Source: Phycisphaerae bacterium
GTDB taxonomy: Bacteria > Planctomycetota > Phycisphaerae > UBA1845
DNA: 64,000 nucleotides
Direction of reading: 5' to 3'
Assembly (NCBI GenBank): GCA_029260215.1
Contig: JAJDDQ010000076.1
Coordinates: forward strand, 32,148-96,147
Shown: piece after piece, positions 39,347-48,702 of the stretch
Numbering within the stretch: the stretch's first letter is position 1
Layout of the letters: every line of letters begins with the position of its first letter
The notes under the pieces: generated by a model
What the model saw: the letters and a program-made list of their open reading frames with translations, nothing else
Database searches by the model: none
Told to the model about the DNA's origin: nothing
Translations under genes and position numbers: made by a program

Positions 39347-40003
39347 CTAACCGATCCGGGCACCGCCGCGAACGCGCCGCGACGATCGACGCGCAAAACA
39401 CATCGAAAGCCCGATTCCCATAATCACGAAACTGCTCGGCTCGGGCACAACGACGAAGCCAATACCCGTGAAACCAGCCAGCCCGGTAGCGCCAGAGTAA
39501 ACGACTTCCTCATTCGCGATCGCCAAAGCGCTGCCGTCTTCGTTGACTGCCAACACCAGATCGACGGACGCCGCCGCCGGCAACGGCACCAACCCGAGAA
39601 GGCCCTGTGCATGATCCGCCAGGAACGCAAACCCGGGCACCACGCCGAGAAACAACGACGTGTCATCGTCACCCAGAACAACCATCGACGCAAGCGACCC
39701 TTCGTCGAAGGTGGTCAACTCCATACGCGTCCACGCGATCGTGGTTTCCGCGGAATTGGTCGCTACCGGCGCCACGATGAAATTACCTTCGCGCATCTCC
39801 ACAGCGCTGCCCGTTTCCGTCATCGGGGTGTCGCCCACGCCCAGCCACGGCGGCGCGCCCAACTGCTCGTCATCGAAATCGTCGGCGAAAGCCACCTGCC
39901 CGTCGACGAAAACTGCCGCGAGATCCAGACGAACAACGGTCTCAGCCGACGCTGAGCGCAGACCCGCAGCCAGTAAAAAAACCAGCACATATTGAATTCG
40001 CAC
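39347..40003 (-). CDS. PEP-CTERM sorting-domain protein
   Basis: Signal peptide from GTG 40003 (AGGAG RBS); C-terminal VVPEPSS-TM-RRSSRR. Confidence 0.88.
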   Translation of the reverse strand: MRIQYVLVFLLAAGLRSASAETVVRLDLAAVFVDGQVAFADDFDDEQLGAPPWLGVGDTPMTETGSAVEMREGNFIVAPVATNSAETTIAWTRMELTTFDEGSLASMVVLGDDDTSLFLGVVPGFAFLADHAQGLLGLVPLPAAASVDLVLAVNEDGSALAIANEEVVYSGATGLAGFTGIGFVVVPEPSSFVIMGIGLSMCFARRSSRRVRGGARIG

Positions 40004-40431
40004 TTTATTCTCTCCTCTTTCCCTTTCAACGTCCGCCAAAGGCGCGCGCCGCATCGGGCAGACACCCGGTGCGATAACGTACGGTAGATTATCCCGTGCG
40101 GACTTTTCAGATTCTCCCAACCCGCCTTTTTACCAGAAATACCCCGCCGATGTCAACGATAATCCAGCACCGCCAGCCCCTGAATTCAGCCAAATCGCGA
40201 AATCATCCCATTTCGGGTCTCGCCCACCCCTTGAACGCGGAAAACAGGGGTCATCGCCCCATTTTCCGCGTGCGATGGTTGAGTCTCGGGTTGAAAATGC
40301 ATAGACTATCCAGTGGGCCAGCAGCTTCTCCAGACGCCAAAAATTTGGGATCATCGTCGGAGTCCTGCTTCCCTTTCCTTCCAAACCTGGGCTTACAGGG
40401 GTACGTAAAACTGGTGCGATGGAGCGAAACC

Positions 40432-43400
40432 ATGAGCGGGAAGTGGCTAGTCGTCGTTTTGGCGACGGCTGGGACGGTTTGCGCGATGCCGCCGGTCGGC
40501 CTCGAAACGTGGGAACAGTTTGGCCGGCTTGGCGAGTTGAGGACTTCCGTCCGCACCCACCAAGTTTCCAGCTACGAGCGATTCGGGGGCAATAAGGATT
40601 CCGCGAATTTTCTCGAAACCGTCGGTTCCGAAAACGTGCTCATGGACGTCAAGGGGCCTGGCTGCATCTATCGAATCTGGATGACGGGCATCAACCCCAA
40701 CGCCATGATCCGCATCTACTTCGACGGCTCAGCAACTCCTGCGGTGGAGATGACGCTGGGTGATTTTTTCAGCGGTCTGAACGCTCCGTTTCTGCGGCCT
40801 CTGGTCGGTGACGACGATTATTCATCCGGCGCGTTTATTTGCTATCTTCCGATGGAATTCGAGTCCGGCTGCCGGGTGACCACCGAAAGCCCAACGCAGT
40901 TCTACAACATTACCTACCAAAAACATGCGGACGCGACCGGCTTGACGACTTTCACGGGTACTGAAGATGACACGCTCGCCAGGGAAATTTGGCGACAGCA
41001 CGGTCGCGACCCGAAAAGTGACACTGGAACACTGGAGCTGGCTGCCACCAAGACCCTTCAGCCGGGTGAATCCCTCACTCTTGCGGAGATCGACGGTCCG
41101 GCTTCGATTCAGCAAATCGAGCTGACGATTCCCGGAATGAATGCCACAGCGGTTGAGCCGGTCTGGGACAATGGTCGCGCATACTTGGGATTCAGCCAAT
41201 TCCGCGTGGCGATCGACCCTGCCAACGTGGGCGTCCGCTTGACCCGCCGTCTGGACTACGGCGTTCGGGATCAGAAAGCAGACGTTTCCGTGGACGGCAT
41301 CCCGGCTGGCACCTGGCTCACGCCCGGCAGTGTTGCGGGTTGGCTGGACGACACTTTCGAGATTCCGGACAGGCTCACGACCGGAAAATCCGAAATCACT
41401 GTGAGGGTAACCTTCATCAGCTCGGCCTTCGACTGGAACGAGTTTTACTACTGGATCGACAGCATCGTTGCCGGCGAAGCCCGGCGGACAGATGAGATCG
41501 ATGTGGGCGACGCCGAGGATGAAGCGAACCACGGCTATAGCGTCAGCGGCCAAACATGGGAGGGCGCGCGAACCCTGTACTATTCGGACGATGACGTCGC
41601 CACGGAAGTTGGCAAGAGCACCCGGAATCGGGTCAATTTCGAGGTAGCGATCGACCCGGACAACACCGGCGTCGTGCTCACGCGCCGCCTGGACTACACG
41701 GTCGCCGATCAGCGCGGCAACGTGTTCGTCGACAATCAGCCGGTCGGAGCATGGAACACGCCGGGAATGATCGATGCCTTTTTCCACGACGACACCTTCG
41801 ACATCCCATCCGAATTCACCGCCGACAAATCGAAAATCACGGTGGTCATCTTCCCCAACAACGTCGATTCCCAATGGACCGAATTTCGCTATTGGGTTGA
41901 TACCAAGACCGCCGACGGCCTGGTGCGAACCGACACAATGAATATCGGTGACCCAACCGACGAAGCGGCCCACAACTACGAAATCGTGCAACCTGACGCG
42001 ATCGGCGCACGCACGCAACCGCTCTATCGCAAGCCCGATCCCGTGTTCGCGGATATCCTCCGGGACTCACGCATCGTCGCGACGTGGGACAATGCCGACA
42101 GGCCTCAGGTCGATGTTCCGCTGGGCGGCTTTTTCGGCTCACAATTCGGCGCGAAGAAAATCAACGGGCTTCCCGTCGGAATCAACGTTGATCGCCTGTA
42201 CTGTTTTTTCCCGATGCCCTTCGCCGACAACGCCCGCATCACGCTCGTGAACGAGAGCGATCACGCGATCAAGGGTTTGCGATATCGCGTCGCTTACTCG
42301 CACCGGTCATCCTCTGAACTCGACGGCGCGGCTCGCTTTTACGCCAAATACAACGAGGCCCGGCCTGCCATCGCCCGACGCGACTTCGTCATCCTCGAAG
42401 AAACCGGAGCCGGTCATCTCGTAGGGGTAGTGCTGGCGATGCACGGCCCCAGTCGCGGATACCTCGAAGGAGACGAGCGTATCTACATCGACGACAGTCT
42501 CACGCCCGCGCTCTACGGCACGGGAACCGAAGATTTCTTCAACGGCGGGTTCTATTTCAACCGGGGTCGGTTCTCCCTGCCCACACACGGCAACCCCACG
42601 ATGGAAGGAATGCCGATCGCGACGGACATGTACCGCTTTCTCGTCGGCGACATCATCCCCTTCGCGATGTCGATCAGGGTTGGGATGCAACATGGCGGCG
42701 ACAACGATACGACGGATACGGACATTTCCAGCATCGCCTTCTACTACAAGCGCAGCGAGCCGCTCTCTGTTCTTACTGACGAGTTCGACGTGGGTGAAAC
42801 CAACTCTGAAGCCGATCACGAATACACGCACTCAGGTTCCGTCTGGCGGGGCAGTCTGGTCGACAAATACGAAGGCGATGACGACGACATCGCCGTGCAG
42901 GACGATGGCCGGCGATTCGGGACAGAAAGCGACGCGGGAAGCTCTTTCAAAGTCGCGATTGATCCCTGCAATGACGGCGTTCTGTTGCGACGACGCATGA
43001 ATTATTTCTACCCGAGACAGGAAGCGATGGTTCTTGTGGACGGAGTTGAGGCGGGCCTGTGGTACGACGCGGGAAACAACACGACGCTCAGGTTCCGAGA
43101 CTCCGAGTTTCAGATTCCCGCATCACTGACGCAGGGCAAAAGTGAATTGTCCATTGAAATTCGCAATGCTTCGGCCAGCGCGCGCTGGACAGAATACCGC
43201 TACTGGGTCTATACATTGCTTCCGAAATCCGAATCGCAACGCGGCGACATCGCGGAGTGCCCACGCGTCATTGCCCCCCCGCCGGATGGCGACGGGGAAG
43301 GCGACTTGTCGGCTGAGGACAGCGACGCCGATGTCGCAAACATGAACGACAACGCCGGCGACGGCGAAGAGTCGCCGGACGTGCCCGTGATACTCCTGCC

Positions 43401-43566
43401 GACGTGCGGCCAGGGCGTGCTGCCGTTTGTTGCGTTTTCGATGCTGCTGTGCACCGTGGTTGCGGGATTGAGCAATGCAGAAATCGGAAAACAGAAAGTC
43501 GAAAGACGAAAATCGAAAGTAATGCAGTCAACGGTCGCAACACCAGAGGGGATCGCCGGGGGATGA
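40432..43566 (+). CDS. DUF2961/GH172 family glycoside hydrolase with three internal beta-repeat modules and C-terminal CGxG-TM anchor
   Basis: 'SSYER', 'GPGCIYRIW', 'LEGDERIYID...GTGTEDFFNGGFYF'; acidic linker, then PTCGQG-TM-basic tail. Start at ATG 40432 after GGAG. Confidence 0.85.
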   Translation: MSGKWLVVVLATAGTVCAMPPVGLETWEQFGRLGELRTSVRTHQVSSYERFGGNKDSANFLETVGSENVLMDVKGPGCIYRIWMTGINPNAMIRIYFDGSATPAVEMTLGDFFSGLNAPFLRPLVGDDDYSSGAFICYLPMEFESGCRVTTESPTQFYNITYQKHADATGLTTFTGTEDDTLAREIWRQHGRDPKSDTGTLELAATKTLQPGESLTLAEIDGPASIQQIELTIPGMNATAVEPVWDNGRAYLGFSQFRVAIDPANVGVRLTRRLDYGVRDQKADVSVDGIPAGTWLTPGSVAGWLDDTFEIPDRLTTGKSEITVRVTFISSAFDWNEFYYWIDSIVAGEARRTDEIDVGDAEDEANHGYSVSGQTWEGARTLYYSDDDVATEVGKSTRNRVNFEVAIDPDNTGVVLTRRLDYTVADQRGNVFVDNQPVGAWNTPGMIDAFFHDDTFDIPSEFTADKSKITVVIFPNNVDSQWTEFRYWVDTKTADGLVRTDTMNIGDPTDEAAHNYEIVQPDAIGARTQPLYRKPDPVFADILRDSRIVATWDNADRPQVDVPLGGFFGSQFGAKKINGLPVGINVDRLYCFFPMPFADNARITLVNESDHAIKGLRYRVAYSHRSSSELDGAARFYAKYNEARPAIARRDFVILEETGAGHLVGVVLAMHGPSRGYLEGDERIYIDDSLTPALYGTGTEDFFNGGFYFNRGRFSLPTHGNPTMEGMPIATDMYRFLVGDIIPFAMSIRVGMQHGGDNDTTDTDISSIAFYYKRSEPLSVLTDEFDVGETNSEADHEYTHSGSVWRGSLVDKYEGDDDDIAVQDDGRRFGTESDAGSSFKVAIDPCNDGVLLRRRMNYFYPRQEAMVLVDGVEAGLWYDAGNNTTLRFRDSEFQIPASLTQGKSELSIEIRNASASARWTEYRYWVYTLLPKSESQRGDIAECPRVIAPPPDGDGEGDLSAEDSDADVANMNDNAGDGEESPDVPVILLPTCGQGVLPFVAFSMLLCTVVAGLSNAEIGKQKVERRKSKVMQSTVATPEGIAGG

Positions 43567-46460
43567 AGAGTAGAACTTTTGTGCAACCAATGTCCACTGA
43601 CTCGAAAAGTCGCAGCTTTGCGTGGCGGAGGATTGCGCTCGTTGGGCTTTGCCTTGGCGGGCTGTCGTTCATGCCGTGCTTCGCCGGTGAGCGTATCGAG
43701 CTTGACGGCGAATGGAACCACTGGATCGACGCCCAGACGAACGTGCCGGTCAACGTGCCGTTTTCCGTCGAACCCATGAACACAACCAGCGTTTACCAAA
43801 GGAGTTTTACGGTACCTGCCGACATGTGTGAGGACGTTGTGCTGCTTCGTTTCGACGGGGTCGGCGGACAGGCGACGATCTTCCTTAACGGAGTCGAACT
43901 GGGGCAGCACGGATCGTTTACACCATTTTTCTTCGATGTCGCCGCCCTTATCAACATCGGTGGTGAAAACGATCTCGTCGTCACCATCAACGACCTCCAC
44001 GACGCGACGACCATCCCGTTCGACGGCATTGCCTGGGTGGACTTTTCCGGCATTATTCGGAGCGTGTACCTGGAGTGCGCCGATCAGGCCATCCTGCTTT
44101 CAAGCCAGCCGCAATACCAGATTTCCGAGGATTACTCCGTCGTCAACGGCGAGGTGTTTGTCGAGGCGCACGCAGCGCCGGGTGCGACGGTTTCGTTTTT
44201 CGGTGCGATTGTCGATGGCGAGGTGGGCACGTGGGACGTCCTGGCTTCGATGGACTGGGTCGTCGCGACGGCCGACGCTACGGGGCTGGCTTCGTCAACG
44301 CTTGCGTTTTCAATGCCGGACCCGGAACTCTGGTCGCCGGATTCGCCAAGACTGTACGGTCTTTACGTTGTGGCGAACGTCGACGGTTTGACCGCTGACG
44401 AGCGTTTCGTATCGACCGGATTTCGCAACATCAGCGTCAGCGGCAACGATGTTCTGCTCAACGGTCAGCCGCTCCTGCTCAAAGGTGTCTCGCGTCACGA
44501 CATCTACCCCGACACCGGGTACGTCGGAACTGACGCACAGATTCTGGAAGACTTGCAGCGTATCAAAAACACGGGGGCCAACTACCTTCGCACGATCCAC
44601 TACCCGCAAGACCCTCGGGTGCTGGACATCGCCGACCAGATCGGGCTTCTCGTTTCTGAAGAGGTGCCGGCTTGGGCGAATTTCTTCGATCCACAGATCA
44701 GACAGAGACTTTACACGCTTCTGGAGGAGATGATCCGGCGGGACATGCACCACCCGTCGATCTTCCTGTGGATCACCGGCAATGCGACGGTGCGCCCGAT
44801 GCCCTACGCACTGGAAGCCCAGCAGATCGCCAAGGGCCTCGATCAAAATCGCCTGGCGTCCTACATCATTGACATCAACGAAGCTGAGGCTGAGGACATC
44901 GCCCTGGACGTTGCGTTCTTCGAGGATGCCCAACTCGATCTCTTTATGAAAATCGGCTGGTGGTTCCAATACCTCGCGGAGCTTCAGGAGAATTGGGCGC
45001 GCATGCCCAAGGACATCCCCGTCATCATGGTGGAGTTCGGGCAGGAAGGTAACGATCGTGAGCCGCTCGTTGTGGGCGGCCCGAATCCGTGTTGGTGGAG
45101 TGAGGCGAGTCAGGCCAGCGACGTGAACGTGATGCTCGAAGCATGGCGACCGCATCTGCCTCAGTACAACGCGCAGGAACACCTCGCGGGCATGGTCTAT
45201 TTTAACTTCACAGATTTGGATTGGCCTGGAATTGTCGAGCAGCAACCCGACCACATCCCGTCCATCCATACGGGACTTGTCTACGAAGATCGCATTCCCA
45301 AGCTCGTGATACAAACACTCACGAATTTCTATTCGACATTGCCGACCAGCTTTGTGGGCGTGCCGGAGATCGGCGACGACGGTGTCGAGCCGGTGTTCGA
45401 TACGGCGACCAATTTGGGGCCGGTGGTCAACGACCTGTATCGGGACACCGGCCTGTCGATCAATGCGGACGGCGACACGATCTATTACGCCTCGAATGGG
45501 TCAAGCAACGACGATGCCGCCCAGCGCAAGCTGTTCTTCTCAACGAAAGAGAGTGGAGCGTGGACGGCTCCTGTGCTCGTTGACATGCTGCAGGAAACAG
45601 AGGCGGTCGCGTTCCGAAGATCGCCGTGCATTTCCTACGATGGGCAAACTCTCTATTACACGCGCGGGGAAGTCGACGTCGTTTGTTTCACCTGGCCTGT
45701 CATCAACGTCCGCGTGGTTCAGTCCCGCATCTGGAAGACGGAATTCGTGCAGGGCAACTGGTCCGACCCCGTGGACCTGGGGGACGTCGTCAACGGCGTC
45801 GATGACGAGCGGTCAGCCTCCGACCCGAGCATCTCAGCCGATGGTAACACGCTGTTTTTCAGCTCGGATCGGGACGGCGGCAACGGCCAACTCGACCTTT
45901 GGATGAGCACGCGCGTGGGCGGCGTATGGACCTCGCCGGTTAACCTCGGCCCGGACATCAATTCCGGCTTCGACGACCACGAACCGGCAGTCTCGCCGGA
46001 CGGCACGACGCTCTATTTCGCCTCGAATCGCCCCGGCGGGTACGGCAACGGTGATATCTGGGTCAGCCGATGGGTTGACGGGCAATGGGCATCGCCCAGG
46101 AATCTCGGTCCGGGAATCAACACGAGCGGCGGCGAAAATGAGCCGGAGATTTCGAAAGACGGTCGCCACCTCTACTTCACCGGGGTTCGGACGGGCGGGG
46201 TTGGAATCGACGACCTGTGGTTCGCCACGTCTGTATTCGCCCCGGCGGACTTCGATCAGGACGGCGACGCGGACTTGCTGGACTTTTGGCACATGCAACA
46301 ATGCTTTTCGGGAGACGGCGTTCCGCAGAACGATCCGATCTGCATGAACGCGCGGCTGGACATGGACACCGATGTTGATTTGGACGACTATGAGTTGTTC
46401 CAATCCTGTGTCCTCGGTCCGATAATGCCGGTCGATGCGGGCTGTCTTGTTACGGAGTAG
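43563..46460 (+). CDS. GH2-family protein (acid/base Glu replaced by Ala) + PD40 repeats + dockerin-like domain
   Basis: 'LRFDGV', 'GIIRSV', 'LWSPDSPRLY', 'GFR', 'LNGQPLLLKGVSRH', 'RTIHYP', 'HHPSIFLWITGNA', 'VEFG'; PD40 'PSISADGNTLFFSSDR'; 'DFDQDGDADLLDF'. ATGA overlap with the upstream gene. Confidence 0.88.
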   Translation: MKSRTFVQPMSTDSKSRSFAWRRIALVGLCLGGLSFMPCFAGERIELDGEWNHWIDAQTNVPVNVPFSVEPMNTTSVYQRSFTVPADMCEDVVLLRFDGVGGQATIFLNGVELGQHGSFTPFFFDVAALINIGGENDLVVTINDLHDATTIPFDGIAWVDFSGIIRSVYLECADQAILLSSQPQYQISEDYSVVNGEVFVEAHAAPGATVSFFGAIVDGEVGTWDVLASMDWVVATADATGLASSTLAFSMPDPELWSPDSPRLYGLYVVANVDGLTADERFVSTGFRNISVSGNDVLLNGQPLLLKGVSRHDIYPDTGYVGTDAQILEDLQRIKNTGANYLRTIHYPQDPRVLDIADQIGLLVSEEVPAWANFFDPQIRQRLYTLLEEMIRRDMHHPSIFLWITGNATVRPMPYALEAQQIAKGLDQNRLASYIIDINEAEAEDIALDVAFFEDAQLDLFMKIGWWFQYLAELQENWARMPKDIPVIMVEFGQEGNDREPLVVGGPNPCWWSEASQASDVNVMLEAWRPHLPQYNAQEHLAGMVYFNFTDLDWPGIVEQQPDHIPSIHTGLVYEDRIPKLVIQTLTNFYSTLPTSFVGVPEIGDDGVEPVFDTATNLGPVVNDLYRDTGLSINADGDTIYYASNGSSNDDAAQRKLFFSTKESGAWTAPVLVDMLQETEAVAFRRSPCISYDGQTLYYTRGEVDVVCFTWPVINVRVVQSRIWKTEFVQGNWSDPVDLGDVVNGVDDERSASDPSISADGNTLFFSSDRDGGNGQLDLWMSTRVGGVWTSPVNLGPDINSGFDDHEPAVSPDGTTLYFASNRPGGYGNGDIWVSRWVDGQWASPRNLGPGINTSGGENEPEISKDGRHLYFTGVRTGGVGIDDLWFATSVFAPADFDQDGDADLLDFWHMQQCFSGDGVPQNDPICMNARLDMDTDVDLDDYELFQSCVLGPIMPVDAGCLVTE

Positions 46461-48429
46461 AGCACTGGTGAAATCCGCATACACGCGAACCGCGCCCGCC
46501 TCGGCTGCGTTTGCCCGACTTGTGCGCAGGTCGCCATCGTTCTGCCTGCTGGTCATCCTGAGCCTGGGCGTCTGGGGATGTCCGGGATCGCCCCTCGCGG
46601 AAATGCTCGGCATCCCCCGTAACCAGGACTCCGATTCCGACGGTGGAGCGATGGACGGCATGCCCGGCGACGGGGAGGATTCGGAAACCGTCGAGATGGC
46701 GGAAATTCCGATTCCGGTCATTGTGGCGTTCAATGTTCAGGACGGGGCTACCAGCCTGGAGTGGGTAATCTCCGACGCGCTCGAGGCAGAAACGGTTTCC
46801 AGCTACATCGTGCAGCGCTCCGAGGAGCCTGACACCGGATTTACCGGTACACGTGTCATCGCCCGGTTTGACCAGCCGCCGTTTATCGACACAGACATCC
46901 GACCCGGCACGACGTATTACTATCGCGTGGTGGCTGTCGGACTCGCTGGTGATGAGGGTCAGCCGTCCGAGACGATCATGTTGACCGTGCCCAGTTCTCC
47001 GGGGCAAATTTTCATCGCGGCGGGTGACATTGTCGGCATCGTCGATCTGAACATTCTGGGGGTTTCCGATCTCAACGGGGCGAATCCGGACTTCGCCAGC
47101 GAAAACGTCCAGAATATTGTTCGGGCGCAAGGCTCACAACTCTGGCGAATCGGCACGACCAGATGGAACCCAGGCGACGTGCTCGTTGAAGCGGAACTGT
47201 TCGATCGCGAAATTTTCTTCGGCACCACGATCGAGCACGCCCGCGATCCGCAGTTCTACAACTTCGATTACATCGATCGCGCCGTTACCAACGTCATCGG
47301 CAGCGGCGGTTCGCCGATCATCACCATCGACAGCATGCCCAATTCGCTTGCACGAAACACCGGCCTGCTGTTTCGCAGCCCGAATCTGAGCTGGTCGGAT
47401 AACCTGCGTAACAGCCCCCCGCGCGATGCGGAAGTCTTCGCCGAGGTAGTCGTCCAGATTATCGCACATTTCCGACGCGGTTTTGCCGGTGGTTTTGAAT
47501 TCGATCTGCCGATTTGGGAACTGTGGAATGCGCCCGATCTCACCCAATCCACCGATGGCACAAACGGAATCTACTGGACCGGAACCCTGGATGAGTTCAG
47601 CGACATGTTCGCCGTCGTGTACAACAGGGTTAAGGAAGAGTATGGCGACGGCGTGTCTTTCGGCGGCGCGGGTTTTGTTAAGCCGGTGTCTGTTGGAAGT
47701 TTTCTGGACCAGCTCGCAGCCCGCGACGTCACGCCCGATTTCGTGTCCTATTCCGCCTACGACGATCAGATTGCCGGGCTTGCGGAATTCGCGTCCGCCG
47801 TCCAGACCGAAGTTGTCAGCCGAGGGTTGGACAACCTCGACGTGATGCTCTCCGGCTGGAATCTCGCACTGCCCCGGCTGGGCATTGACCCGGACTTCTT
47901 CTTTGTCACCAATCAGCCCAAATTCGACAGCACAGGGCACGCGATTCAATATCTGGCGGTTTTCCAGACCGCTCTGGACCTCGAAGTAGACATCGTGCTG
48001 CATGAGGGATTGCGCGACTACTCAACGGGTCTCAACCTCGGGCTGATTACCACGACGAATCTCAAAAAACCAGTGACCAGTCTGGTCGAAGCGTTGCAAA
48101 GCTACCGAAATCGTAAAGATCGCCTGCGACTTGAACCGGAGGAGACGATCGGATTGGCTGGCGTTAACGAAGATCGAACCGAGGTCACGGTGATCGTAGC
48201 TAATCCCCAAGACAGCGAAACCGAGTTTTCCGTGGATATCGACGATCTGCCGTGGGACGAGGAGACGGGCTACAGTTGGACGTTGACGATTTTGAACGAC
48301 GCCTTTTTCGGCATCAACGGCGGCTTCGCGGGCGACGTCGCCGGCGGCGGCAGCGGAACGCGTTTGCGCATCGTGGACGTCGAAATGGCTCCACAGAGCA
48401 TCATGCGACTCGACGTTGTGCGCGACTAA
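46435..48429 (+). CDS. Lipoprotein with FN3 domain + GH39-like TIM barrel lacking catalytic Glu residues
   Basis: VWGC lipobox; FN3 'PGTTYYYRVVAV'; 'YNFDYIDRAV', 'WELWNAPD', 'DFVSYS.Y', 'LSGWN'. True start may be GTG at 46468 or 46522. Confidence 0.75.
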   Translation: MRAVLLRSRALVKSAYTRTAPASAAFARLVRRSPSFCLLVILSLGVWGCPGSPLAEMLGIPRNQDSDSDGGAMDGMPGDGEDSETVEMAEIPIPVIVAFNVQDGATSLEWVISDALEAETVSSYIVQRSEEPDTGFTGTRVIARFDQPPFIDTDIRPGTTYYYRVVAVGLAGDEGQPSETIMLTVPSSPGQIFIAAGDIVGIVDLNILGVSDLNGANPDFASENVQNIVRAQGSQLWRIGTTRWNPGDVLVEAELFDREIFFGTTIEHARDPQFYNFDYIDRAVTNVIGSGGSPIITIDSMPNSLARNTGLLFRSPNLSWSDNLRNSPPRDAEVFAEVVVQIIAHFRRGFAGGFEFDLPIWELWNAPDLTQSTDGTNGIYWTGTLDEFSDMFAVVYNRVKEEYGDGVSFGGAGFVKPVSVGSFLDQLAARDVTPDFVSYSAYDDQIAGLAEFASAVQTEVVSRGLDNLDVMLSGWNLALPRLGIDPDFFFVTNQPKFDSTGHAIQYLAVFQTALDLEVDIVLHEGLRDYSTGLNLGLITTTNLKKPVTSLVEALQSYRNRKDRLRLEPEETIGLAGVNEDRTEVTVIVANPQDSETEFSVDIDDLPWDEETGYSWTLTILNDAFFGINGGFAGDVAGGGSGTRLRIVDVEMAPQSIMRLDVVRD

Positions 48430-48702
48430 TACGTAACCACACCTGCACTACGCGTTTTCAGGCTGGTGATCGGCGAAACCGTCCTTGTCGCAATCCACGC
48501 TATTTTTTGAATGTTACACTTGACGGGAAACTCATCGTCGCCGAACAATCCGAAATCACCGGTCGATCTGCGGAATCGGACGGGTGAAACGTCGCTCGGG
48601 AATCGTCCGGAATAATCAGCCGGACGTCTCGAATACCGCGTTTGGCGACGCGGCTGAAAGCAAGGCGCGCACGCTCAGGAAAAAGCGAATTGGAGGAAAG
48701 CG

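Noticed and set aside
44781-47532. Systematic A->C sequencing artefact explaining GAG->GCG in both GHs and AAG->ACG in the kinase
   Set aside because: Other catalytic motifs in the window are intact, and the GH39 nucleophile change (to GGC) needs a different substitution. Not fully excludable without reads.
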